The position numbers and the translations under genes were made by a program. 64,000 nt of DNA, from the IMG/VR virus record IMGVR_UViG_3300027759_000044; one strand, 5' to 3'. Position 1 is the first letter of the stretch. Every line of letters begins with the position of its first letter. The stretch comes from a virus. Its lineage: Duplodnaviria > Caudoviricetes. This document shows positions 9,315 to 16,355 of the stretch, piece by piece. The notes beneath the pieces were generated by a model that was not told the DNA's origin, did not search any database, and saw only the letters and a program-made list of their open reading frames with translations.

Positions 9315-9328
9315 GAATGTGATAGAAT
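9300..9328 (+). promoter_or_regulatory. Sigma70-type promoter for the Hint-like / gp62 / DnaE-C operon
   Basis: TTGACT 9300-9305, 17 nt, TAGAAT 9323-9328 preceded by TG. Confidence 0.7.
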
Positions 9329-9334
9329 AACAAC

Positions 9335-9835
9335 ATGCGTATATTAACACTTGAAAACGAATTTTATAATTTAGAGACATTGCCGGAGGAAATAGACGAC
9401 CTTCGCTTTGCGATACTAGATAACAGTAATCCACAAAACGTAGATTATCATTACATCCCATTAATCTTTTTGGAATCATTTAACAGTCCTGCACTTGTAT
9501 TAAAGATCGGGAATCAAACTGTTAAGATGCCAGTAGATTGGCAAATATTGATTGGCGAACAAGAACACGGAGACTTAGAGACATTGCCTTTAACAAGTAT
9601 CAATGATAGAGGATTTAATGCGTTTGAGTTTAATCCTTTAACAAGCTTTAGCCCAAGTTTTGTACCAATTGAGATTGTAGATATTTACCATGATGTGACA
9701 TGGTATGCACCTAGATTAAAGAATGGCCAATTCTTATGTGTGCCATTAGATGATGGTCCTAAACCAAGATGTGTATATTTTGTAAAAGAGATTAGTCGTA
9801 ACTGTGAGATTGTAGATTATAGTCAGGCATTCTAA
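9335..9835 (+). CDS. Hypothetical protein, possible inactive Hint-fold
   Basis: CDS is clear; the beta-strand pattern resembles Hint blocks A/B/F but lacks the catalytic Cys, His and Asn. Fold call is inference. Confidence 0.7.
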   Translation: MRILTLENEFYNLETLPEEIDDLRFAILDNSNPQNVDYHYIPLIFLESFNSPALVLKIGNQTVKMPVDWQILIGEQEHGDLETLPLTSINDRGFNAFEFNPLTSFSPSFVPIEIVDIYHDVTWYAPRLKNGQFLCVPLDDGPKPRCVYFVKEISRNCEIVDYSQAF

Positions 9836-10425
9836 TGGCAACTAAAAAGAGTACTCCTATTGATGAGAAATTTGTAGCACAAGACTTTGACTTGTTTGAT
9901 GCTCTTACGGCTATGGACAAGAAAGACTATGCGTATTATGATAGGTTAACAGAAGAACAACAAAAGAAGTTTGTTCCCTATATGATGACACATTGGATGA
10001 GTGCTATCAAAGGTTCAGGAGATGTTCAAGGTTATTACTTGCGTAGTGTTGACTATCACGCAAATAAATATCTATTCAATGAATATGTACAGAAGCATCC
10101 TAAATTGCAATGGTATATGTTATGTGCTAGTAGTCCTGGATTAGGCAAACAATTTCATCAGTGGATTCCTCATTTAGGTAGTAAAGTAACATCATTAAAA
10201 GAGCCTGCTAAAGCAAAAGATATTAAAGAATATTACACTAAAATCTATCCCAAAGTAGATAGCGATGATATTGATGAGATAGCAAAAGCATTTGTACAAG
10301 AACATAAACGTAAATGCTATTTGGCAGAAACATACCCTAACTTAAAACAATCTGATATAGAAGTTCTTAGTCAATTGGTGACTGAAGAAGATATTAAGCA
10401 ATATGAAAAAGACCGAGGAAACTAA
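9835..10425 (+). CDS. gp62: Clamp loader small subunit, gp62-like
   Basis: FDALTAM..K...FVPYMMTHWMS...HPKLQWYMLC...GKQFHQWIP matches the gp62 pattern; size fits. Confidence 0.6.
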   Translation: MATKKSTPIDEKFVAQDFDLFDALTAMDKKDYAYYDRLTEEQQKKFVPYMMTHWMSAIKGSGDVQGYYLRSVDYHANKYLFNEYVQKHPKLQWYMLCASSPGLGKQFHQWIPHLGSKVTSLKEPAKAKDIKEYYTKIYPKVDSDDIDEIAKAFVQEHKRKCYLAETYPNLKQSDIEVLSQLVTEEDIKQYEKDRGN

Positions 10426-11101
10426 ATCAGCATATGGATGTGAGTTTTGTAAAGCTACGTTCCAACGTGAAAGTACTGTACTTAAACACATATGCGAACC
10501 TAAACGTAGATGGTTAGAACGTGACCGTCAAGGTAATCGTGTAGGTTTCCAAGCTTGGTTACAGTTTTATAAGAAGAATACTGCAGGTACAAAGAATCGT
10601 ACATATGAAGAATTCATTAAGAATCCTTATTACCTTGCGTTCATTAAGTTTGGTCTATATTGTGTAGAGATTAAATGTATCAATGTTAGTAGATTTAGTG
10701 ATTGGTTATTAAAGAATTCAATTCGCATTGACAATTGGAGACAAGATACTAATTACACAAAGTTCTTGTGTGAATATTTGCGTATTGAAGATCCGTTAGA
10801 TGCGATACATCGTAGTATTGAAATAACAATAGAAAAAGCTGAAGCTGAAAAGATTCAAAGCAGAGATTATTTACGTTATGGCAATCCTAACAATATATGT
10901 TATGAGATTGCTAGAGGACGAATTAGTCCCTGGATGTTATATCAAAGTGATAGTGGTGTCCAATTCTTAAGTACATTACGTGATGACCAGCAGAAGATGA
11001 TTATGGATTACATTAATCCAGAGCAATGGGCATTAAAGTTCAATCGTGATCCTGCGAATGTTAAACAAGTTAAGGAATTATTAAATGCCGGCGGCTATTA
11101 A
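10403..11101 (+). CDS. Hypothetical protein with N-terminal C2H-C zinc finger
   Basis: CEFCKATFQRESTVLKHIC. Confidence 0.8.
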   Translation: MKKTEETKSAYGCEFCKATFQRESTVLKHICEPKRRWLERDRQGNRVGFQAWLQFYKKNTAGTKNRTYEEFIKNPYYLAFIKFGLYCVEIKCINVSRFSDWLLKNSIRIDNWRQDTNYTKFLCEYLRIEDPLDAIHRSIEITIEKAEAEKIQSRDYLRYGNPNNICYEIARGRISPWMLYQSDSGVQFLSTLRDDQQKMIMDYINPEQWALKFNRDPANVKQVKELLNAGGY

Positions 11102-11758
11102 AATACCAAAAACTATTCACATAGTTTGGATAGGTGACGAATCTAAAATACCTAGTGATTGTATTAAAACTTGGGTCGATCTTAATACTACCTGGATAGT
11201 TAAAGTCTGGGGTAACACTGAATATTATAACTATCCATGGAGAAATCGAGAGGCTATGGACAAACTTTGGGATGATGACAAGTTTGAAATTAGTCGTAAG
11301 AGTGGTATTGCTGATATTATGCGCTATGAAATTTTATACAACGAGGGTGGATTTTGTATTGATGCCGATTCAACATGTATCAAACCATTAGAAGATTGGT
11401 TATTTGACGCAGAAGCTTGTGCTGGATGGGAAAATGAAACAGCGCGGCCAGGACTTATTGCTGTTGGATACATGGCATCAATTCCCAATAATTTATTTTT
11501 TAACAGAATTATTGATGAAATATATAACGATCCTGATATTACAGATAATTTACCTTGGATCAAAACCGGACCACTTAGATTAACCAACGCATATAATTCG
11601 CTAAAATACAATAATCTAAAAATCTGGCCATCACACTATTTTATACCAACTCACTATACCGGGATATCCCATACAGGAAATGGTCCGATATTTGGTATAC
11701 AAGAGTGGATGACTACATTTGCTTCAGCAAGGAATTATTAAATGTCGGCGGGTACTAG
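11072..11758 (+). repeat. 30-nt imperfect direct repeat flanking the glycosyltransferase (11072-11101 / 11729-11758)
   Basis: AAGGAATTATTAAATGCCGGCGGCTATTAA vs AAGGAATTATTAAATGTCGGCGGGTACTAG; 26/30 identical; offset 657 equals the GT ORF length. Confidence 0.9.
11085..11741 (+). CDS. Glycosyltransferase, DxD sugar-binding (GT32/Och1-like)
   Basis: IPKTIHIVWIG, VKVW, ADIMRYEILYNEGGFCIDAD, TGP. Confidence 0.9.
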   Translation: MPAAIKIPKTIHIVWIGDESKIPSDCIKTWVDLNTTWIVKVWGNTEYYNYPWRNREAMDKLWDDDKFEISRKSGIADIMRYEILYNEGGFCIDADSTCIKPLEDWLFDAEACAGWENETARPGLIAVGYMASIPNNLFFNRIIDEIYNDPDITDNLPWIKTGPLRLTNAYNSLKYNNLKIWPSHYFIPTHYTGISHTGNGPIFGIQEWMTTFASARNY

Positions 11759-11936
11759 AGTTCGTATATCCTGGAAAAAGGGAGATATAATCGATTGGAA
11801 TGAAACCTGTGCCTGGGTAGTAGAACAATTTGGATTACCCGGTGACAAGTTTGAAACACATGCTACTGAAGATTATATGGATTTTTACTTCAAAGATGAA
11901 AAAGATGCCATTCTATTTGAGTTGACCTGTGGCTGA
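11742..11936 (+). CDS. Small protein, FxF..E.D...FxLxW family copy 1
   Basis: Ends MDFYFKDEKDAILFELTCG. Confidence 0.75.
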   Translation: MSAGTRVRISWKKGDIIDWNETCAWVVEQFGLPGDKFETHATEDYMDFYFKDEKDAILFELTCG

Positions 11937-12144
11937 CGTTATCTTATATATTACTGCTAAAAGAACTATGGAAATAGGACATGAGTTACGAAACATGGGT
12001 TATGTTCAAGGAGTTGATTTTGATTATGCTTATTACCAAGAAAAATATGACAATTTTAGCCATGAACCTATTGTAAAACGACATGCAAGGTTTACTTTTT
12101 ACAATGATAGTAATGCTAGTTACTTTGCACTAAAATGGCAATGA
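11929..12144 (+). CDS. Small protein, same family copy 2
   Basis: Ends ARFTFYNDSNASYFALKWQ; GTG start overlaps copy 1. Confidence 0.75.
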   Translation: MADVILYITAKRTMEIGHELRNMGYVQGVDFDYAYYQEKYDNFSHEPIVKRHARFTFYNDSNASYFALKWQ

Positions 12145-12377
12145 TAATTGAACATTATGATTATGCTGTAGGTTGGGAAAATACTAAACCCGGCTGGCAT
12201 GAATGTACTGTACATGTTAAACATCTTGACAAATATAATGAAATAGTTAAATGGTTAGAAACTAATATAGGTAAACATGAAAGACATTGTAGATGGGGCA
12301 TAACTGATGATGACCTAATCAGCTTTAAGTTTAGATATGAAAAAGATTACATTTTGTTTACGTTGAGGTGGAGTTGA
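12135..12377 (+). CDS. Small protein, same family copy 3
   Basis: Ends ISFKFRYEKDYILFTLRWS. Confidence 0.75.
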   Translation: MAMIIEHYDYAVGWENTKPGWHECTVHVKHLDKYNEIVKWLETNIGKHERHCRWGITDDDLISFKFRYEKDYILFTLRWS

Positions 12378-12643
12378 TGGCATCAATACCTCAAATACAG
12401 GATTATGATGATGACGATCCAAATATAGAACAACGTAAAAATCGTTGGAATTATTGGGAAGCATTGAAAAAAGTTCGTAAAGAATATATGGCACAGAATA
12501 AAGAGTTTGACGCATATGATTTTGAGGATTACCTTACTGGACAATATGGGTTAAAAATGAACATAGTTAATGGTAACATAACTGACGGTTATGAGATTGT
12601 TGACGAAAAGAAGTATCTAATATTTTTATTAAAATTCCAATGA
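12368..12643 (+). CDS. Small protein, same family copy 4 (start may be ATG 12377)
   Basis: Ends YEIVDEKKYLIFLLKFQ; AGGTGGAG SD precedes ATG 12377. Confidence 0.75.
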   Translation: MELMASIPQIQDYDDDDPNIEQRKNRWNYWEALKKVRKEYMAQNKEFDAYDFEDYLTGQYGLKMNIVNGNITDGYEIVDEKKYLIFLLKFQ

Positions 12644-12996
12644 ATCAATTATTTCCCATAACCTCTGTACAAAACGATAAATTTCTAGTATCATGGCCTA
12701 AATGGGAGAACATCCGACAGTTTGACACAAAGAAAAGATTATTGGCTGTGTTGTTTGCTGATATCGGTAGTGATGAAGTTGGTATTGCAATAATGGCTGG
12801 TGTACTAAGTGGTGGAGAACTAGATGTTATGTGGATTAATTCAAACACTTGGGCACAAGATGTTAACGGCGACTATGCTAGATACCTAGAAGATATGTAT
12901 GATATCAAAGGCGTAGTATTTAATAGTGAAGATGAAGCAACAAAGTTTCAAGATTACTTAGAGAAGAAATATATTTGGAAAACATTACAGGCATAA
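12640..12996 (+). CDS. Small protein, divergent family member 5
   Basis: ATGA overlap; VVFNSEDEATKFQDYL near the C-terminus. Confidence 0.75.
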   Translation: MNQLFPITSVQNDKFLVSWPKWENIRQFDTKKRLLAVLFADIGSDEVGIAIMAGVLSGGELDVMWINSNTWAQDVNGDYARYLEDMYDIKGVVFNSEDEATKFQDYLEKKYIWKTLQA

Positions 12997-12997
12997 T

Positions 12998-13540
12998 ATG
13001 GCACAAGATATAATGATTGATATGGAAACGCTTGACACAAGTCCTGATTGTGTTATACTAACTATTGGCGCAGTAAGATTTGATCCTAAATGTAGTGGAG
13101 TTGTTGAGCGATTAGAATTGCGACCTACAATTGAAGAACAAACAGAAATTTATAATAGGAGTATAAATGAAGATACATTACGATGGTGGAGTGAGCAAAG
13201 TCCTGAAGCTCTTGAAGAGGCTATGGGAGAAACTGGACGAATTCCGTTTAGAGAATGTATGGAGATACTTTATAAGTTTTGTTGGAATCGTCGTGCTGTG
13301 TGGAGTAATGGTGCATCATTTGACGTGGTTGTGGCAGAGTCGGCCTGGAGAAATCTTGAAATGCGAACCCCGTGGCCTTTTTATACAGTCAGAGATACTC
13401 GTACCTTGTATGAGATTGCCGGAGTCAAATTAAAAGATGGCGGGCATGTCACCAGTCATAAAGCAGTAGAAGATGCTGAACGACAAGCCATTGTTGTACA
13501 AAAAGCGTATACCAAATTAGGATTAAGTAATGAGAATTGA
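12998..13540 (+). CDS. dexA: DEDDh 3'-5' exonuclease, T4 DexA-like
   Basis: ExoI IDMET, LRWWSEQS, ExoII WSNGASFD, RDTRT, ExoIII HKAVEDA. Confidence 0.85.
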   Translation: MAQDIMIDMETLDTSPDCVILTIGAVRFDPKCSGVVERLELRPTIEEQTEIYNRSINEDTLRWWSEQSPEALEEAMGETGRIPFRECMEILYKFCWNRRAVWSNGASFDVVVAESAWRNLEMRTPWPFYTVRDTRTLYEIAGVKLKDGGHVTSHKAVEDAERQAIVVQKAYTKLGLSNEN

Positions 13541-14093
13541 TAGTGATATTGACATTGACTTCGGAGATAGAGATACTCTATTAAAATTAATACCTCACAC
13601 AAGAGCGGCAATGCGTAATGTTAAGCCTATACGTAATCATGCCACTGGAGTTTATATTACTGACGTACCATATGATCCAGTACACAATATAGCAAGTATT
13701 GACTATACTTCCGCAGATAAACGTGGATATTTCAAATTAGATTTATTGAACGTTCATGTTTATAATCAGGTTCGTGATGAAGCACATCTTATAGAATTGA
13801 TGAGAGAACCCAAATGGAGTAAACTTAAAGATCCTGTATTTGTAGAAAAATTGATTCATTTGAATAATCAGTACTATAATCTACAAAAGATGCGAGAACC
13901 AGTAGATAGTATTCCTAGATTAGCTATGTTTTTAGCTGTTATTCGCCCCGGTAAAAAGCATCTAATAGGTAAACAATGGAGTGATATTGCTAAAACTGTA
14001 TGGGATAAGGGAACTGATGGATATACTTTTAAGAAGTCACATGCCATAAGTTATTCATGGCTTGTTGCAGTTCATATGAATTTGTTAGGGTAA
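13530..14093 (+). CDS. dnaE: Miniature DnaE (Pol III alpha-like), catalytic-aspartate half
   Basis: In order: SDIDIDF, NHATGVYIT, FKLDLL, LAVIRPG, GYTFKKSHAISY, matching DnaE PDxDxDF, KHAGGVVI, KFDFL, ALFRPG, GYGFNKSHS. Confidence 0.85.
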   Translation: MRIDSDIDIDFGDRDTLLKLIPHTRAAMRNVKPIRNHATGVYITDVPYDPVHNIASIDYTSADKRGYFKLDLLNVHVYNQVRDEAHLIELMREPKWSKLKDPVFVEKLIHLNNQYYNLQKMREPVDSIPRLAMFLAVIRPGKKHLIGKQWSDIAKTVWDKGTDGYTFKKSHAISYSWLVAVHMNLLG

Positions 14094-14465
14094 ACGTTTT
14101 ACTAAAGTAATACTACGGCGTTTACTTCTACGTTTGTTTAATTCAATTATACTACATACAGGACCATGTAGTATTGTGAGACTTTTGTTATTAAACGTTC
14201 TAATATAGGGCCTAAAGATACTCCATTCGTCTTTTAAAAATAGATTTATGGGGATTAATCTATTAGATTCCCACCACCAAACATCTCCTAGTTCTAGGAA
14301 TTTCTCTTTAATTACATTATCTATTATAGCACCGTAGTCGTATATAGTGGTAACTATATCGTCTCGGTTCTGGACAATTCCCACATAATCCTGATTTGCG
14401 TAGGAGCAAATAGTTATGAAGGGATGATTTTCGCCTAAGCGTTTAAAAAACTCGTTTTGTATCAT
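14085..14465 (-). CDS. Hypothetical late protein
   Basis: Start re-called to ATG 14465, below a minus-strand GATAAATA at 14486-14493; basic C-terminus. Confidence 0.75.
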   Translation of the reverse strand: MIQNEFFKRLGENHPFITICSYANQDYVGIVQNRDDIVTTIYDYGAIIDNVIKEKFLELGDVWWWESNRLIPINLFLKDEWSIFRPYIRTFNNKSLTILHGPVCSIIELNKRRSKRRSITLVKRLP

Positions 14466-14560
14466 TAAAATTATAGTCTCGGATATATTTATCACCCTTC
14501 CCAAACCATTAATAAAATAATATATATGGGAGACTAAATACACAATAGGAGATTACATTT

Positions 14561-15328
14561 GTGTACTCAACCCAAGTTTTCGTTTATACACAACGCCAGA
14601 TCGTTGTATTATTATCAGGATATTCGCCAAGGAGTTATATGCCTCAGTATGCCAAGCCACTGACCCTACACAAAGGTGTAGACAATCAAATACAGTTTCA
14701 GTTCCTTAATCAGCAACAGAAACCGGTAGATATCACAGGTAAATCTATTGTATGTAGAATTATTAACAATACCGGTGGTGCGGTGCTATTACAAAAAGCA
14801 TTAACACTACAATTACCAGCGACAGGTATTGCAGCCTTAGAATTAAATCCTGCTGATATAGCCAGCTTTGATGCACAAAAATGTTACTATTCATTAGAAA
14901 TCCCAACCGGAGAGTTTGACTTCCCTGTATTTGTAGACCAAAATGCAGGAGCACGTGGTGATTTGAATATAGTTAATAGCATCCTTCCTAGCTTTATTCC
15001 TTCAATGGAAGTATCTATTCCTACAGGACAGGCATTTCCTAATACCAACGCCAATGGTAATAGCGATAGCAATTTGATATATTATACAAGCGTTATTACT
15101 ACCAGTGATGCTAGCATATTGACAATACAAGCTGAGTATAGTGACTATTATGGCAATATTGCTATTGAAGGTTCTACTATTGTCGACGGAGATTGGTATC
15201 CAATTTTTGCCGACACATATGAAGAAGTAACCGATACAAAAGGGTATGTTGTAGAAGGCTTTCACCCATATATCAGAATGCAATTTGAAAGCAATGCCGG
15301 TGCAGTAACAAATATATTGACAAGATAA
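14561..15328 (+). CDS. Putative virion structural protein (BppU-N-like beta sandwich)
   Basis: LHKGVDNQIQFQFLNQQQKPVDITG pattern; CTAAATA late-type motif at 14534. Confidence 0.6.
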   Translation: MYSTQVFVYTQRQIVVLLSGYSPRSYMPQYAKPLTLHKGVDNQIQFQFLNQQQKPVDITGKSIVCRIINNTGGAVLLQKALTLQLPATGIAALELNPADIASFDAQKCYYSLEIPTGEFDFPVFVDQNAGARGDLNIVNSILPSFIPSMEVSIPTGQAFPNTNANGNSDSNLIYYTSVITTSDASILTIQAEYSDYYGNIAIEGSTIVDGDWYPIFADTYEEVTDTKGYVVEGFHPYIRMQFESNAGAVTNILTR

Positions 15329-15370
15329 ACAACCATAGTTGTTGATATCTTTGTTAGAGTATGTTATACT
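15329..15370 (+). promoter_or_regulatory. Class II (AACC-box) sigma70-type promoter for primase
   Basis: AACCATAG-N3-TTGATA 15342-15347, 17 nt, TATACT 15365-15370. Confidence 0.65.
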
Positions 15371-15377
15371 ACTACTA

Positions 15378-16355
15378 ATGTTTGATATTTTATCCATAAT
15401 TCCCGGCAAGAAAAAGACTACAAGTAGCGGATGGCATAGCTTTAATGCTATCTGTTGTGGTCATCTTGGTCATAAACCTGATCGCAGAATGCGTGGTGGT
15501 ATTAAGTTTGACGGACAAACTAACTGGTCTATGCATTGCTTTAACTGTGGATACAAATGTAACTTTGTATTAGGTCGTAGCATAAGTTATAAAACAAAAC
15601 AACTATTGTTATGGTGCGGCATTGATGACACCCAAATAGGTAAGTGGAGCATAGAAAGCCTACAGCAAAAAGATTTACTTGAAATTGTTATACAAAAGAA
15701 AACTAAAATAAAAATCAAATTCAAGGATCATGAATTACCTGAAGGTGAAATGTTAGATGGAAATAATCCATTACACAAAGTGTACATTGATTATGTGCAG
15801 TCGAGGGGGATAAATTATAATGAGTATCCGTTCTTAATAACACCAACTGCAAAAGGTCGTTACGCAAATAGAATAATCATTCCCTACACTTATAAGAATA
15901 AAATTGTTGGTCACACTAGCAGATTCTTAGACAATAAAATACCAAAATACATTAACGAACAACAGCCTGGCTATGTGTTCAATATTGATATACAGAAACC
16001 CGAATGGCAAGTATGTATATTGACTGAAGGCATATTTGATGCATTAAGTATTGATGGTATAGCAATTATGCACGATGACATTAGCAATGAACAAGCACAA
16101 TTAATTGCGTCATTAAATAAACAAATTATTGTAGTACCTGATAGAGATAAAACAGGTTTAAAGATATGTGATAGAGCATTAGAATTAGGCTATAGCGTTA
16201 GTTTACCTAATTGGGAACCGGATATTAAGGACGTCAACGATGCTGTTGTAAGATATGGCAAGTTGCCAACTCTATTAAGCATCTTGCAAAGTGCTACAAT
16301 GAGTAAAATAAAAATAGAAATACAGAGGAAGAAAATTGAGAAAACAATCGGATAA
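15378..16355 (+). CDS. gp61: DNA primase (Zn ribbon + TOPRIM), gp61-like
   Basis: CCGH...HCFNC, LTEGIFDA, PDRD, KDVND; start re-called to MFDIL below the promoter. Confidence 0.9.
   Translation: MFDILSIIPGKKKTTSSGWHSFNAICCGHLGHKPDRRMRGGIKFDGQTNWSMHCFNCGYKCNFVLGRSISYKTKQLLLWCGIDDTQIGKWSIESLQQKDLLEIVIQKKTKIKIKFKDHELPEGEMLDGNNPLHKVYIDYVQSRGINYNEYPFLITPTAKGRYANRIIIPYTYKNKIVGHTSRFLDNKIPKYINEQQPGYVFNIDIQKPEWQVCILTEGIFDALSIDGIAIMHDDISNEQAQLIASLNKQIIVVPDRDKTGLKICDRALELGYSVSLPNWEPDIKDVNDAVVRYGKLPTLLSILQSATMSKIKIEIQRKKIEKTIG

Noticed and set aside
13530-14093. Split-intein trans-splicing of the DnaE halves
   Set aside because: Neither half carries intein blocks (no Cys/Ser-initiated extension, no terminal His-Asn); the break is not at the cyanobacterial site.
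13530-14093. DnaE fragments as decayed pseudogenes
   Set aside because: Not preferred: both ORFs are clean, have expression signals, keep the catalytic motifs and have deletions that follow domain borders. Not formally excluded without comparative data.
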